Positions 1 through 8,497 of a stretch of DNA of 64,000 nt are shown here, one piece after another. Origin of the DNA: a virus (lineage: Duplodnaviria; Caudoviricetes); the IMG/VR virus record IMGVR_UViG_3300030372_001977, positions 1 to 64,000 of that record; one strand, given 5' to 3'. The notes beneath the pieces are model-generated. The model ran no database searches, was not told where the DNA came from, and saw only the letters and a program-made list of their open reading frames with translations. Made by a program: the position numbers and the translations under genes. Position 1 is the first letter of the stretch, and each line of letters begins with the position of its first letter.

Positions 1-21
1 TCTTTAAATATTTTCCACATA

Positions 22-492
22 TTATTTTATTATTACATCTACAGCACTACCACTAGCACTTAATTTAATTTTTAGTATATATAAATTTCTATTAAAAACT
101 AAATCACTATAATCATATTTTAATGTAACACCATTTGGTATAACTAAATTTTTCATATAGTAATAAGTTTCTACCACCTCAGAAACTCCAGCACTGTAAG
201 ATGATCCAGAAGTTGTTGTATAATCATCTGTATTTTTTGCAGGAATAAGATCATTTCTTTGATAATTTTGAACTCCATCTTGAAGATCAATTATATCATT
301 ACCACTTTCATCTAAACCCGGACCAGTGCTAGTCTTTTCAATTGTTCTTGTTATATATAAATCTACACTTACAGAATCTGTGTCATGCACATTAGTAAAA
401 CACACATATTTATAATCTTCAGAATTAGTGTAATCTTCTTTTAGTTCTAAAGTTTGTGCTGTACTGCCTGTTATATTATAGTATATACTCAT
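22..492 (-). CDS. hypothetical protein, probably virion-associated beta-rich protein
   Basis: 156-aa ORF at the distal end of the structural operon, 2 nt after the preceding stop; beta-strand-like composition; no motif recognised. Confidence 0.6.
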   Translation of the reverse strand: MSIYYNITGSTAQTLELKEDYTNSEDYKYVCFTNVHDTDSVSVDLYITRTIEKTSTGPGLDESGNDIIDLQDGVQNYQRNDLIPAKNTDDYTTTSGSSYSAGVSEVVETYYYMKNLVIPNGVTLKYDYSDLVFNRNLYILKIKLSASGSAVDVIIK

Positions 493-494
493 AA

Positions 495-1664
495 TTAATA
501 ACTATTAAAATCTAACTCAAAAACAAAACTCCAAATATACTTAGTTGTAATATTTAAATTTTGAGAGTTTGTTAAACTTATACCAAGTAAATCTCCTGCT
601 TGAAAAACATTTGTTCCAGAATCTCCTGCACCATCTAAAGATTGGAAATCTGCAACCATAACTGCAGCTTTAGCAGCTCCATCTATAACTTTTGTACCTA
701 ACAAAGTTTTATTAGCATCATTCCAATTTTCACCATCATCAAGATCATATAATTTAAAAGTTATCTCATTACTACTAGTATTGTGATTTTGATTTACTTT
801 TAAATGTACCTTTAATAATTTACCACCAACAGGCATTAAAAAAGGTGTTACAACATTTGTAAAAGAAGTACTTTCTGCTGTTGTTACAGCTGGAAAAAAA
901 TGTTCTGTTGTACCTATGTTATCACTAAGAGATCCTTGTTCTATATGTATTACTTTATCTTTTGTCTGTATAATTTTACTTTCTATAGTAGCCACACCAG
1001 ATGCACTTCTAGCAAAAGTTGTATCACTAGCGTGTCCTAAATTTATACCAGCAAACTGAGGAGAATCACCTGTAGCAACTCCTTGATCTAATGCTTTTAC
1101 AGAAGCTAAACTAGTACATTCACTATCCATTAATGCTCCAGCTGCTGTAACATTTGTAGTATCCGTTACGTCAGCCTCTGTTTCAATATTATCTAACTTA
1201 TCATGATGGGCTGATGACATTAAACCAGCTGTATCAGTAGTGGCTTCGCTGTATTCTGTATTGATATAATTACCAGTATGTATATTTGTACTCCCCTGAT
1301 CTGTAGTCCAATCAATATGTTCATTAGCTACAAAATTACTTAATGAATCATGGTCTATTTCACCAGGCACAGCTGTAGCTGTCATAGTTACCCCGGAATT
1401 TGTTACACCAACACCATTAGTTCCTAATAAGCTAAAATTAGCAGATCCACTTGATACCTCAGCTGGAGAACCAGAACCACTATCAGTTGTAATTTTTACA
1501 CCAGTTATGTCCCCACTAGCTTCTGCTGCCTTAACAATCTTATTATTAGAGTCTACACCTAAATTACCACCACTAGCAATAGTACCAGTCTGTACGTCAT
1601 CTAAATAAACATCAGATCTAAATCTAGCTATTAAATCTACAATATGTTGGCCAATCCACCTCAA
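495..1664 (-). CDS. tail fibre / receptor-binding-like protein (TTG start)
   Basis: Thr/Ser/Gly-rich 389 aa; segment DKLDNIETEADVTDTTNVTAAGALMDSE resembles repeats of phage fibre proteins; C-terminal beta-sandwich-like domain; TTG start 1 nt after the upstream TAG. Confidence 0.55.
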   Translation of the reverse strand: MRWIGQHIVDLIARFRSDVYLDDVQTGTIASGGNLGVDSNNKIVKAAEASGDITGVKITTDSGSGSPAEVSSGSANFSLLGTNGVGVTNSGVTMTATAVPGEIDHDSLSNFVANEHIDWTTDQGSTNIHTGNYINTEYSEATTDTAGLMSSAHHDKLDNIETEADVTDTTNVTAAGALMDSECTSLASVKALDQGVATGDSPQFAGINLGHASDTTFARSASGVATIESKIIQTKDKVIHIEQGSLSDNIGTTEHFFPAVTTAESTSFTNVVTPFLMPVGGKLLKVHLKVNQNHNTSSNEITFKLYDLDDGENWNDANKTLLGTKVIDGAAKAAVMVADFQSLDGAGDSGTNVFQAGDLLGISLTNSQNLNITTKYIWSFVFELDFNSY

Positions 1665-1665
1665 T

Positions 1666-2124
1666 CTATATTACTTTATATTTTGTTTTATTATTCTCAT
1701 CTTTATATGCAAGTAAACATCTGTTTCTATTTTTTTCATCAGAAACATAACTTACATGAACCCATGCAGGATTTTCTTCATCTCCAAACTCCCAGATTAA
1801 CTGGTCAAAACTTAAGTTATTTTTTATAAACTCATACATTTCAGCATTGCTAGATCTCCCAAAAGTGTCATCTATATCTATAGCTTGGCCTTTACAATGT
1901 TGTGATTTAGAACTTCCTCCTATAGCAGTATTTAATTCTTCACACCTAAAAAAACTATTTATTTTTATAGGTCCACCTACATAAGATCTTAAAGGTTCAA
2001 ATATCTGTCTAGCTATCATTTTCATGTTATATAGCTGTTTATCATTTGGTACATTTTTTATACCTCTTCGAGTAGCAGTATTACTATGCACTGCTTCTTT
2101 ATCACTTATATGTCTACTAATCAT
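1666..2124 (-). CDS. peptidase M15A family (Zn D-Ala-D-Ala peptidase fold), probable endolysin
   Basis: SFFRC...N.AIGGS.KSQHCKGQAIDI and WVHVSY motifs (H-x6-D...H zinc ligands). Confidence 0.85.
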   Translation of the reverse strand: MISRHISDKEAVHSNTATRRGIKNVPNDKQLYNMKMIARQIFEPLRSYVGGPIKINSFFRCEELNTAIGGSSKSQHCKGQAIDIDDTFGRSSNAEMYEFIKNNLSFDQLIWEFGDEENPAWVHVSYVSDEKNRNRCLLAYKDENNKTKYKVI

Positions 2125-2129
2125 AATTA

Positions 2130-2489
2130 TTAAGCTTTAGTCCAATATCCGTACTCAACTACACACGCTGCATTATTTGCTTGTATTTTTATTCCTTCTG
2201 CATCTATTACTGGGAAAAAAGAAAATTGCCCAGGCCATAAAATACCAAACAGTTCACTAGCACCTGTATAAATTTTTACATGATTTGTTTCATCTATGTT
2301 TTTCATATACAAATATGTTGTTGTTGAATTAGCAGAAGTAAGTATATCAGAAGCAGATGAATGGCTAACTGAAATCCTTGAAAATTCTGTAGGATTACCA
2401 ATTGTTTTACTATCTGTTACTGTTACACTTAAAACATCAGTCATAGCATCGTTACTACTTAATGTTAATGTTGTTTTTAATGTTGCCAT
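2130..2489 (-). CDS. hypothetical structural protein, paralog of 2520-2888
   Basis: MATL start, YLYMKN, LWPGQFSFF motifs shared with its neighbour. Confidence 0.65.
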   Translation of the reverse strand: MATLKTTLTLSSNDAMTDVLSVTVTDSKTIGNPTEFSRISVSHSSASDILTSANSTTTYLYMKNIDETNHVKIYTGASELFGILWPGQFSFFPVIDAEGIKIQANNAACVVEYGYWTKA

Positions 2490-2519
2490 ATTATTATTTT
2501 ATTTTAATTGTTATTATTG

Positions 2520-2888
2520 TTACGCTTCAAATGCATACACTTCTAAAACAGGAGTTCCAGAATACGCATCATAATTTAAATCTTCAACTGCAGACCATGA
2601 AAAGAATACAAACTCTCCTGGGTGTAAATCGTGTAAATTTGCTGAATCTGTTGCACCACTTCTAATATAAATAATTTCGTCTGTTGTAATACTTAAATTT
2701 TTTAAGTACACATAACATTTATTTGTAAAATCATCTGCTTCTAAAAATTTAGTTGCAGTTGTTGATGTAACTACTCTTTTCTGAACCACATCGTTAGTAG
2801 TAGTTACAGTATCTGAAACATTTATATTTAAATTATCGCTAGTAGCATTTGTACTAACTAAACCTAACTTTACTGTTAATGTTGCCAT
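2520..2888 (-). CDS. hypothetical structural protein, paralog of 2130-2489
   Basis: MATL start, YVYLKN, LHPGEFVFF motifs. Confidence 0.65.
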   Translation of the reverse strand: MATLTVKLGLVSTNATSDNLNINVSDTVTTTNDVVQKRVVTSTTATKFLEADDFTNKCYVYLKNLSITTDEIIYIRSGATDSANLHDLHPGEFVFFSWSAVEDLNYDAYSGTPVLEVYAFEA

Positions 2889-2899
2889 AAGTTTTAATT

Positions 2900-5818
2900 T
2901 TATTTATTAATTTTTATTTTTCTAATTACACTACCATCACTATATAAAAATAACAGAGGTGTATTATCTATAATTTTATCTACTGGTCTTCCTAATAAAT
3001 CTGTAATCATTATTAAAGTTTTATCTCCTCTTTTAAGTAAAGGACCAGACCAAGTGCCTTCACAATAGTTATAAGTTAACTGGCATATTGTATCCCATGC
3101 ATTCTCACAACAGTATTCATCTACATCTATTACCCAAGCATAGCATGGATCATTTAACCAATAAGGCTCACCCGGGCTGCCAATACAACCAGCATCGAAA
3201 AGACAAGAAAGACTATCATTAACATTAGCAAGTATATTATAATTATAGGCAGACGGATCCATACACCCTTCAACCACAGTAATACACGAACCGTTGTCAG
3301 TATTAGCTGTCGAATCATAATTAAGAGCAGTACTGTCCATACAACCATAAATGAAAGGAATACAACTAAAATCTTCTGTATTTGCTTGCGCATTATAATT
3401 AAGAGCGTTAGGGTCAGTACAACCGTAAATAAAAGGAATACATGAATTGTTGTCAACATTTGCTAAAGGATTATAATTAAACATAGTACTATCAGTACAA
3501 CCATAAATAGGTAATATACAACTAAAGTCATCAGTATTGCAAGTATCGCAATAATTTAGAGCTATAGGATTAGTACAACCATATATAAAAGGGATACATG
3601 TCCCATTGTCTGTATTAGCTGAAGGATCGTAGTTAAACATAGTAGCATCTGTACATCCATAAGAAAACTCTATACAAGAACCATTGTCTACATTAGCTAA
3701 TGGATTATAATTATACATTGTAGGATTCATACATCCAATTACAACAGGAACGCAAGAACCGTCATCAACATTAGCATTTACATTATAATTAAATGCTGCC
3801 GGATCAGTACAACCATAAGTAACCCCTATACAACTTCCATCATCCGTATTTGCTAATGGATCATAATTAAAAGCTATAGGGGACGTACAGCCATACACGA
3901 CTTGAATACAAGTATCAGGTGTATTAGCTTGCGCATTGTAATTAAAAGCTAATGAATTCATACATCCTAATACTACCGGTATGCATCCGCCATTATCTAC
4001 GTTGGCTGCACTATTATAATTAAAAGCTGTAGAATCTGTGCATCCAAACACAGCTAAAATATTACAACTTCCATTATCTACATCTGCTACAAAACCTTGT
4101 GTGTAGTACTCTAAATAGCCTGGATTAGTACACCCTGGATTATAATAACAGGTATCAGTTGTATTTGCTGTATCATTATAATTATAAGCTAACGAGTCTA
4201 AACATCCATAAACTACATCCACACACTCAGTACCACAGTAAGGCAAAGCAGAATATATGTCCTCTGGGTTTTTAAAGTTTTTTAATTTATTTTCATTAGG
4301 TCCTGGCCAAGGATTATCACCTTCATGTAATATAACTCCGTATGCATTTTCTAACTTAAATGAATTTTGTATTGTTTGTATATCTAACTGCTGCGCATTC
4401 TGTTGTTGTGTAGGAACCTCAAAATAATATATATAAACCTCTTCATACGAGCTTAATGATAAGTTAAACGTATCAGAATAAATATTGTTTGAGTCTATCC
4501 TAAACTGCCACAATGAAGTACCTTGTCTTACCCCTAACCAACAATTACCCCAGCTATCACCACCTGCATCATATAATATTAAATTATAATCACAAGGTGA
4601 AGTTAATTCCATTCTGTGTGCTGCCGGGTCATAATTAAAAGCAGCTGGGTCTATACAACCGTATAATGCTATTGTACTACAGCTACCATCATCAATTGTA
4701 GCTAACTCATTGTACTCTACATAATCTTCATCTGTACATCCTAATACAGGAGTATTGCTATCACAAGTATCAGCTACATAAGAAGCTGAAGAAGCACTAA
4801 ACCCAAAGTTAGGTGGATTTAAATTAAATATAGTATCAAAACAATCTAGATTAGTTACCATACAACTACCCACTACAGAGCCACCCCCTATACCATCACC
4901 GTAAGTATCATTTATAGTAAATACAATAGTATCACCAATAGGCACACATACTTCTGTATAAACTGTTTGTCCTGTTTGTGTATAGTCATAAGTGCCAGAT
5001 GGTACAGTATATATTATATTACCATTAGCTTCTATTTCCCAAGACGTTTCACCTGGCCAGTTATCTAGAAGTATTGCAACCTCTATTAATGATTGTCCAG
5101 GATTACAAATAACTTCCATTACACATGTACCATCATCTATATTAGCCCAGGGATTATAGTTTTCTGCTAAAGGGTTCATACACCCGTTAACATATATACA
5201 CCCTACATTTATTGTTGCAGTAGAGTCATAGTTTGGAGATATGCTGTCCATGCATCCAGGTATTATAGCATATGGATCACTAACCATTATATCATCAATA
5301 CATATATCACTAGTATAACTAGTACCTGTATTCCCTATAAATGCAATTTTAAAATTATGTTGCATATTAAGACTATCTAACGGATAGTAACCAAGATTCC
5401 AATTCATACCTTGATCTCCATTGTAAGCATCTATAAATACGTAGTTACCCATTACATCTATAGCTGCTATTTCTAACTCACCCATTGCAGGTCCAAACAT
5501 ATGATACCAGAAAGATAACACTCTCCCGTAAGTAGCAGATACATCAAAAGTTGGTGTATACGTTATAAACTGCTTACTAGGAAAATTAGGATTAGATGAT
5601 TCAACATAAAAATATACTCCATTACCCGTAGTATGATCTCCTTGTGGACCAGTATTAAAAGAAGGAGTTGACCCTATTTTTAATAACCAATCTCCATCAT
5701 CGGTAGTATCTTGTTGTAGTGGAAAATTATTTTCAAAGTTATGAACCCAAGGAAAAGTATTTATTTGTCCTACTCCTATAAAAGGTATCAACAATAATAT
5801 ATATAATAATTTTTTCAT
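2900..5818 (-). CDS. exported MAM-domain, Cys-repeat protein with T9SS-type C-terminal sorting domain
   Basis: Signal peptide MKKLLYILLLIPFIGVG|Q; MAM domain (GPQGDHTTGNGVYFYVESS, LSFWYHMFG, DICIDDI); 17 GC(T/M)D..A.NY...A..DDGSC repeats; C-terminus ITDLLGRPV...LFLYSDGSVIRKIKINK resembles flavobacterial T9SS type-A CTDs. Confidence 0.8.
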   Translation of the reverse strand: MKKLLYILLLIPFIGVGQINTFPWVHNFENNFPLQQDTTDDGDWLLKIGSTPSFNTGPQGDHTTGNGVYFYVESSNPNFPSKQFITYTPTFDVSATYGRVLSFWYHMFGPAMGELEIAAIDVMGNYVFIDAYNGDQGMNWNLGYYPLDSLNMQHNFKIAFIGNTGTSYTSDICIDDIMVSDPYAIIPGCMDSISPNYDSTATINVGCIYVNGCMNPLAENYNPWANIDDGTCVMEVICNPGQSLIEVAILLDNWPGETSWEIEANGNIIYTVPSGTYDYTQTGQTVYTEVCVPIGDTIVFTINDTYGDGIGGGSVVGSCMVTNLDCFDTIFNLNPPNFGFSASSASYVADTCDSNTPVLGCTDEDYVEYNELATIDDGSCSTIALYGCIDPAAFNYDPAAHRMELTSPCDYNLILYDAGGDSWGNCWLGVRQGTSLWQFRIDSNNIYSDTFNLSLSSYEEVYIYYFEVPTQQQNAQQLDIQTIQNSFKLENAYGVILHEGDNPWPGPNENKLKNFKNPEDIYSALPYCGTECVDVVYGCLDSLAYNYNDTANTTDTCYYNPGCTNPGYLEYYTQGFVADVDNGSCNILAVFGCTDSTAFNYNSAANVDNGGCIPVVLGCMNSLAFNYNAQANTPDTCIQVVYGCTSPIAFNYDPLANTDDGSCIGVTYGCTDPAAFNYNVNANVDDGSCVPVVIGCMNPTMYNYNPLANVDNGSCIEFSYGCTDATMFNYDPSANTDNGTCIPFIYGCTNPIALNYCDTCNTDDFSCILPIYGCTDSTMFNYNPLANVDNNSCIPFIYGCTDPNALNYNAQANTEDFSCIPFIYGCMDSTALNYDSTANTDNGSCITVVEGCMDPSAYNYNILANVNDSLSCLFDAGCIGSPGEPYWLNDPCYAWVIDVDEYCCENAWDTICQLTYNYCEGTWSGPLLKRGDKTLIMITDLLGRPVDKIIDNTPLLFLYSDGSVIRKIKINK
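3200..4212 (-). repeat. 13 tandem ~26-aa (~78-nt) GCTD/GCMD cysteine repeats (coding)
   Basis: Directly visible in the translation: YGCLDS, PGCTNP, FGCTDS, LGCMNS, YGCTSP, YGCTDP, IGCMNP, YGCTDA, YGCTNP, YGCTDS, YGCTDP, YGCMDS, EGCMDP. Confidence 0.9.
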
Positions 5819-5943
5819 TTTTGATTTTTCTTAGTACAACATTTTTTTGTTTCTTTTGTACAAACTTCTTTGTTTAAAGAGCACCCTTGTAAAAAAAGCA
5901 CAATTAATATAAGTCTTATTGACAACAGCAATTTTCTCCACAT
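5815..5943 (-). CDS. small lipoprotein (42 aa), not in the ORF track
   Basis: Hand translation MWRKLLLSIRLILIVLFLQG|CSLNKEVCTKETKKCCTKKNQK; lipobox-like LQG-C; its TGA overlaps the ATG of the 972-aa gene (ATGA). Confidence 0.65.
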   Translation of the reverse strand: MWRKLLLSIRLILIVLFLQGCSLNKEVCTKETKKCCTKKNQK

Positions 5944-6005
5944 ACTCCTACACAAATTGTTCCAAAAGTTATTTTACATATTAATTTACAAATTATTTTT
6001 TTCAT
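5916..6005 (-). CDS. 29-aa cysteine-rich micropeptide, not in the ORF track
   Basis: Hand translation MKKIICKLICKITFGTICVGVCGENCCCQ (7 Cys); A-rich leader AAAAACT before the ATG; fills the gap after the 6018 stop. Confidence 0.55.
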   Translation of the reverse strand: MKKIICKLICKITFGTICVGVCGENCCCQ

Positions 6006-6017
6006 AGTTTTTATTTT

Positions 6018-6350
6018 TTAAAAGTCACTCATTAGTATATTATCTATTTCTTCTTGTACCTCTTCTTTTGTTGCTTGCATTTTAAAACTTAAATCAGCTT
6101 GAAATCTAGCAACCTCTTCACCATCTTTAAATATAATAATAGTAGGTACAACAGCTATTTTATATTTTTGTGCAGACTCTGTATCTTTACTTATATCTAC
6201 AATACCTTTAGTACTACAGTCTTTAAGATCCATAAACCAAGATACACCATTTGCACTATTCCAGCCAGCATTAAAATGCTTTGCTGTTACTTGTCCAAAA
6301 ACTCCTACAGAGTATAACATAGACAATAAGATAATTATATATTTTTTCAT
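6018..6350 (-). CDS. exported thioredoxin-fold protein lacking CxxC
   Basis: Signal peptide ending VFG|QV; HFNAGWNSAN in place of F.A.WCxxC; cis-Pro motif VVPTIIIFKDGEEVARF typical of the thioredoxin fold. Confidence 0.75.
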   Translation of the reverse strand: MKKYIIILLSMLYSVGVFGQVTAKHFNAGWNSANGVSWFMDLKDCSTKGIVDISKDTESAQKYKIAVVPTIIIFKDGEEVARFQADLSFKMQATKEEVQEEIDNILMSDF

Positions 6351-6631
6351 TATCTATTATATAGTTTATCCTCTATTTTTTCAAGAGTTTCTTTTATTTC
6401 TTCAACATCAGATTGTGTTGTCATAATTGTGTTACGAATCATCTGATCTTTCATATCAAATTCCATACGTGTAACATCTGGAGGTAATGGTTCTGGTAAT
6501 TGTTTTGCTTCTTCTATATCAGCTTGTAAAGCAAACCACATACCCACAACAGTAGCAATTGCAAATGCAATGCCTATAAGTGTTTTAATACTTACTTTAA
6601 ATGCCGTGTCTTCGTTTAACTCTTTTGCCAT
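6350..6631 (-). CDS. single-pass membrane protein with C-terminal coiled coil (start re-assigned to MAKELNEDT)
   Basis: TM segment TLIGIAFAIATVVGMWFAL; ATG at 6631 overlaps the upstream TAA (TAATG), so the track start at 6688 is probably too long. Confidence 0.7.
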   Translation of the reverse strand: MAKELNEDTAFKVSIKTLIGIAFAIATVVGMWFALQADIEEAKQLPEPLPPDVTRMEFDMKDQMIRNTIMTTQSDVEEIKETLEKIEDKLYNR

Positions 6632-6840
6632 TATCTTCTTAATATCATTTCTGTTAGCAGCCCTCCAATAGCTGTAAATACCGCCCATAAACCAATTCTA
6701 GTATTTTTCCTAAAACTAGTATTTTTATTAATTCTAACTACTAACCCATCTTCTGGGTCTAATAAACGTAGTTTAATATCTTTTACATCTTGTCTTAAAT
6801 CTTGTAGCTCCTCGTGTAATTGTTGATTAGTTATTTTCAT
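6631..6840 (-). CDS. small coiled-coil protein with C-terminal TM helix (holin/hemolysin XhlA-like architecture)
   Basis: Heptads LHEELQDLRQDVKDIK, then TM IGLWAVFTAIGGLLTEMIL. Confidence 0.55.
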   Translation of the reverse strand: MKITNQQLHEELQDLRQDVKDIKLRLLDPEDGLVVRINKNTSFRKNTRIGLWAVFTAIGGLLTEMILRR

Positions 6841-6989
6841 ATTTCAAATCCAAAGTTTAATATTATACATCTGTGTTCTACGCCTGGATTGCAATACAAT
6901 TCTAAAATTGTAAATCTCCCAAACCTAACTGTAACTTCATATATATTGTCTTTTTTATTACCTTGTCTCCAACTATTTATCCAATTCAT
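6837..6989 (-). CDS. 50-aa hypothetical protein, not in the ORF track
   Basis: Hand translation MNWINSWRQGNKKDNIYEVTVRFGRFTILELYCNPGVEHRCIILNFGFEI; ATGA overlap with 6840; fills the intergenic gap exactly. Confidence 0.7.
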   Translation of the reverse strand: MNWINSWRQGNKKDNIYEVTVRFGRFTILELYCNPGVEHRCIILNFGFEI

Positions 6990-6992
6990 AAT

Positions 6993-7361
6993 TTATCTTT
7001 TACCGCCATCATATTCTACTGCATGGCCTTCTTTAATTAATAATTCATTTACGCTTTCTAAAGTCATTTTTTCTTTGCCATCTACAACATCAATATGCAA
7101 CTCTCCTAAAACTCTCCCATACTTTCCAACACCATGTGAGTTTAATTTTATTGTATTAGCTCCTTCTAACAATTGTTTAACTCTATCTTTAGCAGCTAAA
7201 CCTCTAGCTTTTTCTTCTAAATCTCTAGTTCTTGATTCTGGAGTATTAATCCCCATAAATCTAATTCTTTTTTTAGTTGAGATGTCAAATCCTAAATCAA
7301 TTTCAGCATCAATAGTATCTCCATCAACCACCCTATCTAATTTTATTTTGTAGGTATACAT
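6993..7361 (-). CDS. thermonuclease (staphylococcal nuclease-like)
   Basis: RVVDGDTID, RFMGINTPES, GKYGRVL motifs. Confidence 0.9.
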   Translation of the reverse strand: MYTYKIKLDRVVDGDTIDAEIDLGFDISTKKRIRFMGINTPESRTRDLEEKARGLAAKDRVKQLLEGANTIKLNSHGVGKYGRVLGELHIDVVDGKEKMTLESVNELLIKEGHAVEYDGGKR

Positions 7362-7363
7362 TA

Positions 7364-8497
7364 TTAAAATATTATATAATTAACACCAAACTTAAAATCA
7401 TACCACTCTCTGTTCCAATATTTATTATACTTACCTTCTACAAAGTATCCTAAATGTTTATCTATTTTTATACCATATATTAAACCTGCAGAGTAATCAT
7501 ACCACTGTTCTCCATTATTATATTTATGATAAGAAAACTCACCACCGTCATCATAATGCCAAGGCAATAGATTACCCCAAGCATGCAGCCATCTTTTTTT
7601 AGTATATTTATAATAATCAAATCCTATAATTATAGAATGTTGTATTTGTTTTGACAACTCATTTCTTTTCTTTTCAGAATAGTCAGCTAACACTTGTGGT
7701 ATAACAACTTCTTTCCAAACCTCAGAACTGTTAGCAACAATATTACCACTAGGATCTCTATACTCACTATTAGCAACATCTACAGTATAACCTTCTTGTA
7801 TAGCTAAATATGTATAATGTAAATTCCCATTACCTAACATCCATTCTTCTAGCGGATTATATCCATATGGTTCTGCTAATCTATGAGCAGCCCCTATACT
7901 AAAAGATAAATCTCTATCTTTTTTCCATCTATATCTTTCTGATAATTCAAAATATTCTACATCTGCAAAACCATCTTTTAAATATTCTACTTTTGCTGCA
8001 AAGTGATCTACACAAAGCGGACCATCACAGTCATCATCAGAACTATATCTTATAAAATGATGTTGATCTATATAATCTACACCTTGTTGTCTTGCATAAT
8101 CTACTTCAAATAAGTATTCAAAACCTTGTACTTTACCTACTGTAGCTGCATCTGTATAATTAGATTCAGTCCCATCATAAAAAGTGTTAGCTCTATTTTC
8201 ATATCCAAACCTAGCTATTTTTCTAATACCTACAGTTAAAGAGTAGTCATAAGGAGTTGTAATAAGACCTTCTTCTAATTGTCCTTGAGTAACAGAAAAT
8301 GTTTTTACATCTGATACTGAAGTACCTCCATTTACAGCTCCATATACTGTAGCAAACTTAGTATGACTTTTTAATGTTTCTATTAAGTCAAATGTTTTTA
8401 AATAATCTTTTATATCTGCAGTAGTTTGTGAATTAGCTGATAAACCAATACACAATACAAATAGTAGTAGTATGTTTTTTATTTTATTCATTATCAC
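7364..8497 (-). CDS. putative outer-membrane beta-barrel protein
   Basis: Signal peptide ...LCIGLSANS|Q; many amphipathic Tyr/Phe/Trp-rich strands; C-terminal beta-signal-like YDFKFGVNYIIF ending in Phe. Confidence 0.7.
   Translation of the reverse strand: MIMNKIKNILLLFVLCIGLSANSQTTADIKDYLKTFDLIETLKSHTKFATVYGAVNGGTSVSDVKTFSVTQGQLEEGLITTPYDYSLTVGIRKIARFGYENRANTFYDGTESNYTDAATVGKVQGFEYLFEVDYARQQGVDYIDQHHFIRYSSDDDCDGPLCVDHFAAKVEYLKDGFADVEYFELSERYRWKKDRDLSFSIGAAHRLAEPYGYNPLEEWMLGNGNLHYTYLAIQEGYTVDVANSEYRDPSGNIVANSSEVWKEVVIPQVLADYSEKKRNELSKQIQHSIIIGFDYYKYTKKRWLHAWGNLLPWHYDDGGEFSYHKYNNGEQWYDYSAGLIYGIKIDKHLGYFVEGKYNKYWNREWYDFKFGVNYIIF

Noticed and set aside
3200-4212. CRISPR-like or DGR-type DNA repeat array
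   Set aside because: Repeats are degenerate at DNA level but conserved as in-frame protein units; no spacers, cas genes or reverse transcriptase
6018-6350. Functional thioredoxin as an auxiliary metabolic gene
   Set aside because: No CxxC; it has an export signal
6632-6688. N-terminal extension MGGIYSYWR... of the 6350 membrane protein
   Set aside because: It lies inside the upstream gene; the TAATG-coupled ATG at 6631 is more plausible
6820-7353. Antisense ORFs from the track (e.g. 6820-7353+, 22810-23304+, 12141-12479+, 33056-33352-, 57929-58264+)
   Set aside because: They shadow well-supported genes on the opposite strand, have biased Ser/Leu/Phe composition and no motifs
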